Positions 20,845 to 30,137 are shown, numbered from the stretch's first letter. The stretch: DNA of 64,000 nt from Bacteroidota bacterium (GCA_024642665.1 JAHEAR010000021.1:453-64452); one strand, 5' to 3'. The notes: generated by a model not told the origin, from the sequence alone. Made by a program: numbers and translations.

Positions 20845-21204
20845 ATGGCACACGAATATACAGCAGCAAAAAAAATCGCCACAAAGACGATTATCATATT
20901 GGCAGTGGTTACAGTACTTGAAGTTATGTTGGCTTTGACCGGTAAAGGGTATATCATTGAAGGATGGCATATGACACCATGGATTATGCACATCAGTATG
21001 ATAGCCATGAGTGCCTACAAAGCCTACCTCATCGTTTTTGAGTTTATGCACATGAAGTATGAAGCAAAAGGACTTAAGCTCAGCGTGATTTTACCAACGG
21101 CCTTACTCATTTGGGCGGTGATTGCTTTTCTATACGAAGGCAATGCCTGGAAGGGCAACCGGGATACCGTAAAGGAGCTATCGAAAATAGAAGCGGTAGA
21201 GTAG
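20845..21204 (+). CDS. Cytochrome c oxidase subunit IV family protein
   Basis: Three TM segments; KAYLIVFEFMHMKYE motif. Confidence 0.85.
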   Translation: MAHEYTAAKKIATKTIIILAVVTVLEVMLALTGKGYIIEGWHMTPWIMHISMIAMSAYKAYLIVFEFMHMKYEAKGLKLSVILPTALLIWAVIAFLYEGNAWKGNRDTVKELSKIEAVE

Positions 21205-21286
21205 TATGGTAAAATGATTGCCACGTGTATCAGATTTTAGCTTACCATCTTCAGCACTTGTTTCTATATCTTGAGCGTATTCAAGA

Positions 21287-21889
21287 TTGATTAATATGAT
21301 CAAAATGTCAAGGAAGTTTTTAATTACAATTATTATTATCCTCTTCCTTCTCCCTTTTGTTTCCTGGTATTATCTGCAGTCCGGTCTCGACTGGCGTAAA
21401 GCAGCACAGCAGGTCATGCAGGGCACTAATCCTTTTCCGGAAGGTACTTATACAGATGCCGATGGTGATCTTTTTACGGCTGACAGTCTTGCCTACCGCG
21501 TATCTATAGTGAGTTTCTTTGCTTGTGATGGAAGTGATCCAGAAAGGAAAAGTGTGCTGGAAGACATCTACAATCAATTTAAAGACACGGGGAAGGCAAA
21601 CTATATTGTGCTTGATACCTGTGCATCTGATTCAGGGCAGGCTATGCTAATTGATCGTGATAAATGGTATATGCTTTCCTGTGATTCTTCGCAAGCCCTC
21701 TGTCAAACCTTATTAGCCGATTGGCCCTCTGATAAAGTATTTGCACTGGTAGATCAGCACGGAATTATCAGAAGTTATTATGCCATCGAAACGATTGATG
21801 ATAAGCGAATGCTGGTAGAACATATGTCCCTGCTTCTTCCACGTGATCGATCGGAAAAAGTGGAGCTCAAAAGAGGAGATAAAAAATGA
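21287..21889 (+). CDS. Degenerate Sco/SenC-like thioredoxin-fold membrane-anchored protein
   Basis: N-terminal TM; FALVDQHGIIRSYY resembles the Sco C-terminus; position in the cox assembly cluster; no CxxxC motif. Confidence 0.6.
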   Translation: MINMIKMSRKFLITIIIILFLLPFVSWYYLQSGLDWRKAAQQVMQGTNPFPEGTYTDADGDLFTADSLAYRVSIVSFFACDGSDPERKSVLEDIYNQFKDTGKANYIVLDTCASDSGQAMLIDRDKWYMLSCDSSQALCQTLLADWPSDKVFALVDQHGIIRSYYAIETIDDKRMLVEHMSLLLPRDRSEKVELKRGDKK

Positions 21890-22419
21890 CCGAGTCAATC
21901 CACCACAAACAAATTAAAAAGCTAAACACACTGGCCTGGGTGATTACGGTTATTGTTTGGCTTTTGGTTGGGGCTATGCGACGATATAAGTTTGAAGTAC
22001 CGTATGATCTAAGTTTTCTTGCAGGGCTAAATGCTTTTTTTAATACAGGGGTGACCGTTGCATTACTTTCAGCTTATTATTTTATCATGCAGGGCAAAGT
22101 GGAACAGCATCGTAGAAGTATATATGTGGCCATGTCCCTATCTGCCGGGTTCTTGCTTTCCTACGTTGGGTATCACTTTACCAATGAAGAAATTGTCTTT
22201 TGCAAAGAAGGTTTTGTTCGACAGGCCTACTATTTTATTCTATTGAGTCATATACTATTGGCCGGGTTAAGTTTGCCATTTATTCTGCTCACCTTTATCA
22301 GGGGGTATATGGGTGACTATATCACGCATCGAAAGATGGCCAAGTGGGTATTTCCGTTTTGGCTGTATGTCGCAGCGACTGGTCCGGTGATTTATTTTAT
22401 GTTGTTACCATGCAAATAA
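21886..22419 (+). CDS. DUF420 family membrane protein (CtaM-like oxidase assembly factor)
   Basis: LNAFFN, HRR, FLLSYVGYH, ILLSHILLA, HRKMAKW and WLYVAATG. Confidence 0.88.
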   Translation: MTESIHHKQIKKLNTLAWVITVIVWLLVGAMRRYKFEVPYDLSFLAGLNAFFNTGVTVALLSAYYFIMQGKVEQHRRSIYVAMSLSAGFLLSYVGYHFTNEEIVFCKEGFVRQAYYFILLSHILLAGLSLPFILLTFIRGYMGDYITHRKMAKWVFPFWLYVAATGPVIYFMLLPCK

Positions 22420-22442
22420 ATAGAACACAATTCACTATTTTT

Positions 22443-22712
22443 ATGGCAATGAAAGGCTTATACCGTTTTGCATTCATACTTATTCTTGGTCTTGGGACTA
22501 TGTTTTATATCCCGGAGGCACAAGCCCAGTGTCCTATGTGTAAAATGTCCGCCGAATCGAACATGAGAAATGGTGGAAATGGTGGAAAAGGGCTGAATGC
22601 AGGTATTCTATATATGCTAGCACTACCTTATACCTTAGTAGGTACACTCGGTTTTATCTGGTGGAGAAATAGCCGTCGTAAAGAAGAGGACGAAGTTGAG
22701 GTTTTACCTTAG
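22443..22712 (+). CDS. Small exported membrane protein with N-terminal CxxC (QCPMCK)
   Basis: Signal-peptide-like segment ending AQA-Q, CPMC, GLNAGILYML TM helix; in-frame ATG at 22443/22449 within the ORF at 22344. Confidence 0.7.
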   Translation: MAMKGLYRFAFILILGLGTMFYIPEAQAQCPMCKMSAESNMRNGGNGGKGLNAGILYMLALPYTLVGTLGFIWWRNSRRKEEDEVEVLP

Positions 22713-22744
22713 GTCAAAGCGTTGAGAGGAGTTGAGTACGCTGT

Positions 22745-22788
22745 GCCTTTGGAACATGTTGTTGAGTGAGTTTAGTTTAATAGCTATC
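22745..22788. repeat. Dispersed REP-like repeat, copy 1
   Basis: 36/44 identical to 41804-41847; core GTTGAGTGAGTTTAGT also present reverse-complemented near 32543-32562. Confidence 0.7.
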
Positions 22789-23065
22789 TTGACACAGATA
22801 TTAGGTCTAACTTCTCGTGTCTTCCTTTGGTTTAATATTCAGGGTGTAAATTGTATCCATATCCATGTTTCAGGAAAGAACACGCTATGCCCTGCGCTTT
22901 CCGCTTAGCGGAACCTTGCACTCTATACCCCTCGACCTAAGCTCGTTGCCCCATGCCCCATGCGTCTAAGGTCTACAAGTCCAAGGTCACCTTTTCTGCA
23001 TTGAAAAGAAAAGAGGTACACTGATTTCGCAATGCACCTCTGATTCTCATGAAAAATTATATGAT

Positions 23066-23770
23066 TTAGAATCGCATGGTAAATCCTGCGCCGGCAGATA
23101 ATCCATGTGACTTGATTTTAATGTTTGTGATATTATCCTGAAACATATCATTCAGACTATGACGATAGGTCAAATCGAAATGGATAGATCCAATTTCTTG
23201 GATGGGTATACTAACACCCGCGCCTACCAGCGCAGAAACATCCACTCGGTTATACATGTCATTGTTTAAATTGATCTGTATGGCAGGTAGACTCCAGGTC
23301 AATAATGCGTTTATTTTTGGAGTGATCTTTCCATTAAAAGCATATCCGGTGGACGCTCCGGCCTTGATGTATGGCGTCACACCTTTTTCAACCAGATTAT
23401 ATTTTGCAATCAAAGGCACTTCGATATAATCAAGGCGGGTTTCTATTTGTGCCCCCACAGGAAGATCCAGTCCAAATACATTCACATTGAAATCTTCCCG
23501 CGCACCGAAACCTCTTGATGCATACTGTAGCCCAGTCATCAGTACCAATCGATTCGACATCGCCCGCTCATATGCAATGCCGGCAGTGTATTGTGCGATT
23601 GGTTTGATGTAAGGACTGATCAGTCCATCGATTGGTGTACCTCTCACTTCCATATTAGACGTGCCAAATCCGGCATGTGCGGTGAGATAAGACTGAGCCA
23701 GCATTTGGTGATGGATGAAAAAAACAACAGTACCAACGCTCAGCAATCGAAATGGTAGATTCGCTTTCAT
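23066..23770 (-). CDS. Outer-membrane beta-barrel protein (porin/PorT-like family)
   Basis: Signal peptide, amphipathic strands, LDYIEVPL motif, C-terminal Phe. Confidence 0.75.
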   Translation of the reverse strand: MKANLPFRLLSVGTVVFFIHHQMLAQSYLTAHAGFGTSNMEVRGTPIDGLISPYIKPIAQYTAGIAYERAMSNRLVLMTGLQYASRGFGAREDFNVNVFGLDLPVGAQIETRLDYIEVPLIAKYNLVEKGVTPYIKAGASTGYAFNGKITPKINALLTWSLPAIQINLNNDMYNRVDVSALVGAGVSIPIQEIGSIHFDLTYRHSLNDMFQDNITNIKIKSHGLSAGAGFTMRF

Positions 23771-23882
23771 GGCTAAATGTTTTTATTGAAAGAAAGACGC
23801 AGTTAGTTATGACATCATAACATAATAGGGCGTTAAGAAGAATTAAGAGAAACTTAAAATTAGTTATGCGAAGGGATGGCAC

Positions 23883-23918
23883 AAAAAAAAAGCTGCTTCA
23901 ATGACGAAGCAGCTTTTT
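23883..23918 (-). terminator. Intrinsic terminator (bidirectional-looking)
   Basis: A-run, AGCTGCTTC-loop-GAAGCAGCT, T-run, downstream of the 23935-24435 gene. Confidence 0.8.
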
Positions 23919-23934
23919 TATAATAACAAATCGT

Positions 23935-24435
23935 TTATCGTTTGAGTATATATCTTGCTGAAAGAGCACCCCATGGATAGAACCCTGAATCCCAACCTCC
24001 AATGCGGATCGTAGGAGCGAAATCCAAACTAAGTTCAATTGGTGCATCTGCGAAAGCATAATCCAATCCAATAATACCGCTTAGACCTACGCCAAATTTT
24101 CCGGGAAGATCAATCCAGCCACTATATGCATTGTTATAATTTAAAAATAATACACTTGCGCCAAATCCATAAAACCACTTAAGGCCATCCACGCCATTGA
24201 TGTCATTATGGATTTCATAAAATCCACCTACTGTAATGTAGCTATAGACATTAGCATAGCCCCGGTAACCAACATACAAATCCAAAGCACTTTTCTCTGT
24301 CAAAAAAGTCTTGTACGTAAGCGATAGTGGATATCCTAATCGCAATCCGATAGCACTCTTATAATCCTGTGCCTGAACATTGGATGCAAATGCAAATCCG
24401 GTAATGAGAAGAGATAGTAAAATAAATTTTTTCAT
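23935..24435 (-). CDS. Small outer-membrane beta-barrel protein
   Basis: Signal peptide ending VQA-Q; AIGLRLG, GIIGLDY and LSLDFAP strands; C-terminal ARYIL. Confidence 0.75.
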   Translation of the reverse strand: MKKFILLSLLITGFAFASNVQAQDYKSAIGLRLGYPLSLTYKTFLTEKSALDLYVGYRGYANVYSYITVGGFYEIHNDINGVDGLKWFYGFGASVLFLNYNNAYSGWIDLPGKFGVGLSGIIGLDYAFADAPIELSLDFAPTIRIGGWDSGFYPWGALSARYILKR

Positions 24436-24531
24436 AGCTGGGTTTTTGTTTTTGTGAATTAAATGGTCAATTGAAATTATGCTAAATATACAGATAATTC
24501 TAATTTGTTCATAAAATGTTTAGCATCTCAT

Positions 24532-24942
24532 TTAACGAATGGGTCGCTTAGATATACCATTGACCAATAGGGCAATCCAACCGGTAATAAAAAAAAGCCC
24601 GCCAAGGGGGGTCAAGATACCAATCATTGAGACCGGAAACCCTGTAAGATCGGATGTGGCAATAATAAAAAGGGAACCCGAAAAGAACAGAATCCCAAGG
24701 ATAAAACTGATTCCTGCGAATTTTAGCCACTTTGTGGGAGGTTGTATTTGACCCAAAATTCCGATGAGGATTATGGCAAGGACATGAATAAACAGGTACA
24801 AGACACCCGTTTTTAGCGTTGTCAAATCACTCGTGTCCAGCCGCGATTTTAAAAAATGGGCACCAAAAGCGCCTATCATAACTCCAAAAGCGCCAAGAAG
24901 TCCTGCGAGCGTAATCAACCGTGAAAAGAATGGATTATTCAT
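24532..24942 (-). CDS. DUF423 family membrane protein
   Basis: GAFGAH, GILFFSGSL and TPLGGLFFITGW. Confidence 0.9.
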   Translation of the reverse strand: MNNPFFSRLITLAGLLGAFGVMIGAFGAHFLKSRLDTSDLTTLKTGVLYLFIHVLAIILIGILGQIQPPTKWLKFAGISFILGILFFSGSLFIIATSDLTGFPVSMIGILTPLGGLFFITGWIALLVNGISKRPIR

Positions 24943-25636
24943 ATAATGACCAGTTTACAGGGCTTTGCCCTTGTTTTATGAGAATGTCATTCACCTTTGA
25001 AAAATGGCGACAACCACTAAAGGCATTTCGTGCAAGGGGAGAAGGGTGGGCAGCTTCCAGAATGGTATGCTGATCCTTGTTGATGAGTTCTTTTTTTGAC
25101 CGGGCATAGTTGCCCCAAAGCAGGAAAATAACACCTTGCCGTTGGTCTGATATTTTTTTAATGACGGCATCGGTAAATAATTGCCAGCCGATTTTACTGT
25201 GCGAGCCTGCATTCCCTTTTTCTACCGTTAAAATAGCATTTAACATAAATACTCCTTGTGTGGCCCATGGCGTCAGATCGCCATGAGACGGAATCGTAAA
25301 GTTGATATCTGACTTTAATTCCTTGTAGATGTTTTTCAGCGAAGCGGGAACGGGTACTTTTTTGGAAACAGAAAAGCAAAGCCCCATGGCCTGATGATCA
25401 CCATGGTAAGGGTCCTGACCCAGGATGACCACCTTAACTTTTTCAAACGGTGTTTGATTGAATGCATTAAAAATTTGAGGTCCGGGAGGAAATATGACTT
25501 TCCCTTTAGCTTTCTCAATGCTGAGGAATTGTTTGATCTGAGCAAAATAGGGTTTCGAAAACTCATCCTTCATTTGCTCCTTCCAACCAGACTCCATCCG
25601 TATGGTGGTTGGATCGATCTGTGGCAAGGGCACCAT
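24935..25636 (-). CDS. ung: Uracil-DNA glycosylase (family 1)
   Basis: VVILGQDPYH, GLCFSV and AAHPSPLA. Confidence 0.97.
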   Translation of the reverse strand: MVPLPQIDPTTIRMESGWKEQMKDEFSKPYFAQIKQFLSIEKAKGKVIFPPGPQIFNAFNQTPFEKVKVVILGQDPYHGDHQAMGLCFSVSKKVPVPASLKNIYKELKSDINFTIPSHGDLTPWATQGVFMLNAILTVEKGNAGSHSKIGWQLFTDAVIKKISDQRQGVIFLLWGNYARSKKELINKDQHTILEAAHPSPLARNAFSGCRHFSKVNDILIKQGQSPVNWSLYE

Positions 25637-25658
25637 AAGAGAGTATAAGTTGAGAAAG

Positions 25659-25732
25659 TGACTCCACCAGGGCTCGAACCTGGAACCTACGGTTTAGAAA
25701 ACCGTTGCTCTATCCTGTTGAGCTATGGAGCC
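25659..25732 (-). tRNA. tRNA-Arg (anticodon UCU)
   Basis: Reverse complement GGCTCCATAGCTCAACAGGATAGAGC-ACGGT-TTTCTAA-ACCGT...GGTTCGAGCCC...GGAGTCA; TATATTTG promoter box just upstream; CCA not encoded. Confidence 0.93.
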
Positions 25733-25840
25733 ATTAAAAGAGGTGCAAATATAAAGGACTTCAGGCAGAGCAAAAAGACTTCTCACACTTCTATGCAGAA
25801 ACAGCACAAAATGATTGTTAAGTGTTTGGCTAATAAGTGA

Positions 25841-26350
25841 TTAGGACTTCGCTTTGAACTCCTGCCAGGTGATTTTTTTATAGTGTTCTTCAGAAGCAAA
25901 CGTCAATTCTTTTAAAATATCAGGACTCTCAATGTACCCCGGGGCTACCAGAATCCTAGAAAAGGCACTATCCATAATGACATAGGTTGGATAAGACAAC
26001 TGACCATTGAGCAGATCGTAGGCTAGTTGGTTGATACCATCGCGCTTATAGGGGATCCACTTATATTCCTGCTCTTTCCATATAATGGTCTCTTTTTGTT
26101 CTGCATTTAGTTTTACAGCATAAAAATCCGCGTTGATGGAAGCGATGACGGCAGGATCTTTAAAAGTCGTTGCATCCATCTTCTTGCACCAGCCACACCA
26201 ATCCGTGTAGACATCCACAAATATTTTTTTGGGATGGACTTGGTTGGCTTGAGTGGCCTCTTCCCAGGTCATCCAATGAATTTCCTGGGCACTCAGGAGG
26301 ATTGTAAAAAGAACCAACAGCGTCGTTAAACAATATCTGAATAAAGACAT
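25841..26350 (-). CDS. Exported thioredoxin-family protein (DUF255/SoxW-like)
   Basis: Signal peptide; VYTDWCGWCKKMD; SYPT. Confidence 0.85.
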   Translation of the reverse strand: MSLFRYCLTTLLVLFTILLSAQEIHWMTWEEATQANQVHPKKIFVDVYTDWCGWCKKMDATTFKDPAVIASINADFYAVKLNAEQKETIIWKEQEYKWIPYKRDGINQLAYDLLNGQLSYPTYVIMDSAFSRILVAPGYIESPDILKELTFASEEHYKKITWQEFKAKS

Positions 26351-26382
26351 TTTATTACATTGTTAGGTGAAGCCACAAATAT

Positions 26383-26943
26383 ATGCATAAACTAATAGTA
26401 GGTCTGGGAGGTTCAAGCGGTTCGATCTATGCGCGCCTTCTATTGGACCGTCTGGAACAGATCTCAGAGCAGTATGAGGAGATAGGAATTGTGATGAGCC
26501 GAAATGCGGAGATCAACTGGGCCCTTGAGATAAAGGATAAATCCATAAAGGATTATGGACACACGGTCTATCGGCAGGATGACTTCAATGCCCCTTTTGC
26601 CAGTGGATCTGCTAAATTTGCAACGATGATTGTTTGCCCATGTTCGATGGGTTCGATGGCCAGAATAGCGCATGGCTTTTCAGATGACCTGATGACCCGT
26701 GCCGCGGATGTTATTTTGAAGGAAAGAAGAAAGTTGATACTCGTTCCCAGAGAAACCCCCTTTAGTCTTATTCACATTGAAAATATGCATAAGCTTACCC
26801 AGGCCGGAGCAATTATTTGTCCGGCGATTCCTTCGTTTTATAATGGAGCGGACTCCGTTGAGAAGGCTTGTCTTACAGTCGTCGATCGAGTGTTGGATCT
26901 CGCTGGATTTGATATTGATTCATTCAGATGGGGCGGAAAGTGA
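26383..26943 (+). CDS. ubiX: Flavin prenyltransferase
   Basis: ASGS, PCSMG, RAADVILKERRKLILVPRETP and PAIPSFY. Confidence 0.95.
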   Translation: MHKLIVGLGGSSGSIYARLLLDRLEQISEQYEEIGIVMSRNAEINWALEIKDKSIKDYGHTVYRQDDFNAPFASGSAKFATMIVCPCSMGSMARIAHGFSDDLMTRAADVILKERRKLILVPRETPFSLIHIENMHKLTQAGAIICPAIPSFYNGADSVEKACLTVVDRVLDLAGFDIDSFRWGGK

Positions 26944-27049
26944 AAATTGAAAATTGAAGAGCAGATCGTTTTCGCCAGGCAGGAGAAAGATCTCTTGCTA
27001 TTTGCCTTTCGCTTCAATCCCTTATTTTTGTTATTGAAATATATCCATC

Positions 27050-27316
27050 ATGACATCCGCACCATTACAGCAACTTGAAAATGGCATTTCTTATCAGGAT
27101 GGGGAGTATCCTTGTCGGATACACTTTGATCATGAGCGAGGCGATTGGTTTAATCTGGATGAGATAATTCCAATTATCACAGTACTAAAAACACCGACAG
27201 GTGAATGGAAGGTCAAAGGGCTGGTAAGTCCAACCATGCTCCTTAATGCAGATAATCCGATGAAGCACTTGTATGAAATTGCTTTGAATGATTATCATAA
27301 AGCTATTGATCAATAG
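27050..27316 (+). CDS. Hypothetical protein, 88 aa
   Basis: Isolated ORF with a TATTTTTG promoter box at 27023-27030; no recognisable motif. Confidence 0.55.
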   Translation: MTSAPLQQLENGISYQDGEYPCRIHFDHERGDWFNLDEIIPIITVLKTPTGEWKVKGLVSPTMLLNADNPMKHLYEIALNDYHKAIDQ

Positions 27317-27364
27317 CCTAGAATTTAATAAAGGCAGCACCTTACATACTTTGAATCAGGTACG

Positions 27365-28219
27365 CTAAGGTTCAGGGGGTGCGAAATCTTTTTTATAAAC
27401 GATCGTTCGATAAGGAAAAGGAATTTCAATGCCTTCGCGTTCAAAGCGCTCTTTAACCGATTTGAGCATATCGCACATGAGGACAAAAGCATTGTCGCTT
27501 CCTTCTGTCCAGATATATGCTTTTAAATCAACAGAATAATCTGAAAGCGCAATCACCCGTATGATGACGGCCGGATGATTGGATTCAATCTCTTCCTTAT
27601 CCCGATTGTCCAGAAAGAGGGGATGTTTTTCTGCTTCGGAGCGAATAATATCCATTGCTTTATCAATGCTGGAATCATAACTTATCGAAAAGACAATATG
27701 CTTTCTTATTTTCTCATCCTGGATATTGCTATTGATGATGGTTTCTTCGCTGATGACACTATTTGGTATGACGATCCTTCTGTTTTCATAATTATTAATC
27801 AGGGTATGTCGCAGTGTGATGTCTTCAATGACACCTATGGATCCATCTTTTAATTCTATGATATCTGATATCCTGTACGGTTTGAAGATCAAAATAAATA
27901 TCCCGCTGATAATATTGGCAAAAGCTTTTTGGGAAGCAAAACCAACAATCACCGCAACGATTCCTGCTCCGGCGAAAAGGGCAGTACCGAGGGATTTTAA
28001 ATAAGGGATTTTTAAAAAGATGAATAAAGTGGCAATGGCATAAATGATAAATCCAATTGAATTTTTGATGAAAGAAAAATTGGTCGGATCAGCATTTAGT
28101 TTTTCTGCATAATTGTCGATGAAGACATTGAGTATTTTTCGCAGGATCAGTGAAAAAACAACAGCAATGGCTAAGGTGATAGCGATTAATATAAGATACT
28201 GAAGTACTTCGTGATTCAT
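27365..28219 (-). CDS. mscS: Small-conductance mechanosensitive channel family protein
   Basis: Three TM segments; GFASQKAFANIISG, KPYRISD, IPNS and GIEIPFP. Confidence 0.9.
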   Translation of the reverse strand: MNHEVLQYLILIAITLAIAVVFSLILRKILNVFIDNYAEKLNADPTNFSFIKNSIGFIIYAIATLFIFLKIPYLKSLGTALFAGAGIVAVIVGFASQKAFANIISGIFILIFKPYRISDIIELKDGSIGVIEDITLRHTLINNYENRRIVIPNSVISEETIINSNIQDEKIRKHIVFSISYDSSIDKAMDIIRSEAEKHPLFLDNRDKEEIESNHPAVIIRVIALSDYSVDLKAYIWTEGSDNAFVLMCDMLKSVKERFEREGIEIPFPYRTIVYKKDFAPPEP

Positions 28220-28392
28220 GAAATTTGACTTTGATCATTTAAGTAGGGAGGGGCAATTTAAGAAAATGATAAGGCTCCTCCATGCGCTTTGGCAGGTTGG
28301 CCTAAAGTTAGGTAAAAACAATTATAACAATTTGAAAAACAGCAAAGTAGGAGAATGCCGGTGGAAGATTAAAGCGAAGTATGAAAAATTTG

Positions 28393-28464
28393 TAGTCCCG
28401 GCAGGAATCGAACCTGCATCTAAAGTTTAGGAAACTTCTATTCTATCCATTGAACTACGGGACC
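28393..28464 (-). tRNA. tRNA-Arg (anticodon CCU)
   Basis: Reverse complement GGTCCCGTAGTTCAATGGATAGAATA-GAAGT-TTCCTAA-ACTTT-AGATGCAGGTTCGATTCCTGCCGGGACTA; TATATTTG promoter box upstream. Confidence 0.93.
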
Positions 28465-28633
28465 AAGAGCGTGCAAATATAAGGCTATTGCCATGGAAAC
28501 ACAGGTAAATTGTCCTTTGGCCTACTCGCTGATTCACACCTTATTAACAGGAAGTCATACATCATTCTTTTTAGATATGTATAGTTGTATTAATTTTGCA
28601 TAGCTATTTAAGAATCTAAAAATTTATATAAAA

Positions 28634-29173
28634 ATGACTCTATTAAAGAATTTATTTGCTGCAGTAGTTTTGTTACTATCCGTAGTAATGATCTCCTGCC
28701 AAAGCGGAGCCGAGGAGGCTCGTGATGAAGCCAGAGAAAGCCTGACTCAAACTGAAGGAGCAGCGGCCGCGTCTCAAGTGTCCTCTACACCGGCAGCTCA
28801 ACCATCATCAGTAGCTGCAGAATCAGATGCACCGGTAGGTCCTACTACGGTGATGAAGTTTGAACACATGGATTATGAGTTCGGCACCGTAAAGGAAGGA
28901 GAGAAAGTTTCTCATACCTACAAATTTACCAATACAGGAGATGAGCCTTTGATCATCAGCAGTGCTAAAGGAAGCTGCGGTTGTACAGTTCCAAAGTGGC
29001 CATCTGAGCCTATTGCACCAGGAGCTACAGGCGTGATTGATGTTGTTTTTGATAGTAAGGGTAAGCCAGGAAAACAAGCTAAGCGTGTAACTGTTAATGC
29101 TAATACAGTACCTGCTCAAACTTTTCTGAATATCTCAGGTACAGTAGAAAAAGCGGCTGATGCGCCAAACTAA
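28634..29173 (+). CDS. DUF1573 domain lipoprotein
   Basis: Lipobox-like MISC; FTNTGDEPLII and SCGCTVP; TAATTTTG promoter box at 28591-28598. Confidence 0.88.
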   Translation: MTLLKNLFAAVVLLLSVVMISCQSGAEEARDEARESLTQTEGAAAASQVSSTPAAQPSSVAAESDAPVGPTTVMKFEHMDYEFGTVKEGEKVSHTYKFTNTGDEPLIISSAKGSCGCTVPKWPSEPIAPGATGVIDVVFDSKGKPGKQAKRVTVNANTVPAQTFLNISGTVEKAADAPN

Positions 29174-29220
29174 AAAATGAAATAGACCTAGTTCTAGGTA
29201 ACCTTGTGTTACAATCGTTA

Positions 29221-29259
29221 AAAAATGCCTGTAAAGCGTATTACTTTACAGGCATTTTT
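29221..29259 (+). terminator. Intrinsic terminator
   Basis: AAAAATGCCTGTAAAG-loop-CTTTACAGGCATTTTT perfect inverted repeat. Confidence 0.75.
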
Positions 29260-29270
29260 AATTTTGTCCT

Positions 29271-30137
29271 ATGAAGTCTTACTTCTCCCTTGTCAAATTT
29301 GCGCATACGGTCTTTGCCTTGCCATTTGCGATGCTTGCTTTTTTCCTCGGCATGGCCGCTGCAGGGAGTGGAATCAACTGGGTACTTTTTCTCCTGATCT
29401 TTCTTTGTATGGTGTTTGCAAGAAGTGCCGCCATGGCATTTAACCGCTATGTTGACCGAGACATAGATGCCCTTAATAAGCGAACAGCTATCCGAGAGAT
29501 TCCTTCAGGTGTAATCAAAGCCAAATCGGCTCTTCTTTTAGTCTGGCTATCGTCCATTGCTTTTGTACTCACTACTTTTTGGATAAATACATTATGTTTT
29601 TATCTCTCACCCATTGCTCTTCTTGTTATTCTGGGGTATAGCTACACCAAGCGATTTACCTGGTTATGTCACTTCGTACTTGGATTGGGCCTTGGGCTTG
29701 CCCCTGTAGGTGCATATATCGCAGTGACCGGGAGGTTCGAAGTATTGCCGGTGTTATATGGCATCATGGTCATGCTATGGGTCAGTGGGTTTGATATACT
29801 GTATGCATTACAGGATGAAGAATTTGATCAGACGCACGGTTTGCATTCCGTGCCGGGTCGATTCGGTAAGCAAGGCGCAAAAAATATTTCAATTGTACTG
29901 CACTCTCTTTGTGCATTACTGATCGGATTTCTGGCCTGGTATCAAAGCCAATTGTTTTCCACCTTAGGAATCCTTTCCTGGATAGGCGCTGTAGGATTCG
30001 TGGGGCTATTGGCATGGCAGCACTTTCTGGTTTTTAAGTATGATCTTGCTAAAATTAATCAGGCGTTTTTCGAAACAAATGGAATCGCAAGTATACTTTT
30101 TGGTTCGGCAGTGATATTGGATGTTCTTTTTAAATAA
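29271..30137 (+). CDS. ubiA: UbiA-family polyprenyltransferase (MqnP/SCO4491-like)
   Basis: LVKFAHTVFALPFA, ARSAAMAFNRYVDRDID, YSYTKRFT and GFDILYALQD. Confidence 0.88.
   Translation: MKSYFSLVKFAHTVFALPFAMLAFFLGMAAAGSGINWVLFLLIFLCMVFARSAAMAFNRYVDRDIDALNKRTAIREIPSGVIKAKSALLLVWLSSIAFVLTTFWINTLCFYLSPIALLVILGYSYTKRFTWLCHFVLGLGLGLAPVGAYIAVTGRFEVLPVLYGIMVMLWVSGFDILYALQDEEFDQTHGLHSVPGRFGKQGAKNISIVLHSLCALLIGFLAWYQSQLFSTLGILSWIGAVGFVGLLAWQHFLVFKYDLAKINQAFFETNGIASILFGSAVILDVLFK

Noticed and set aside
25658..25840. 60-aa ORF, and similarly 28218-28430
   Set aside because: They overlap tRNA-Arg genes on the opposite strand
27000..28392. Integrative element at the tRNA-Arg(CCU) 3' end
   Set aside because: No integrase and no duplicated tRNA 3' end found
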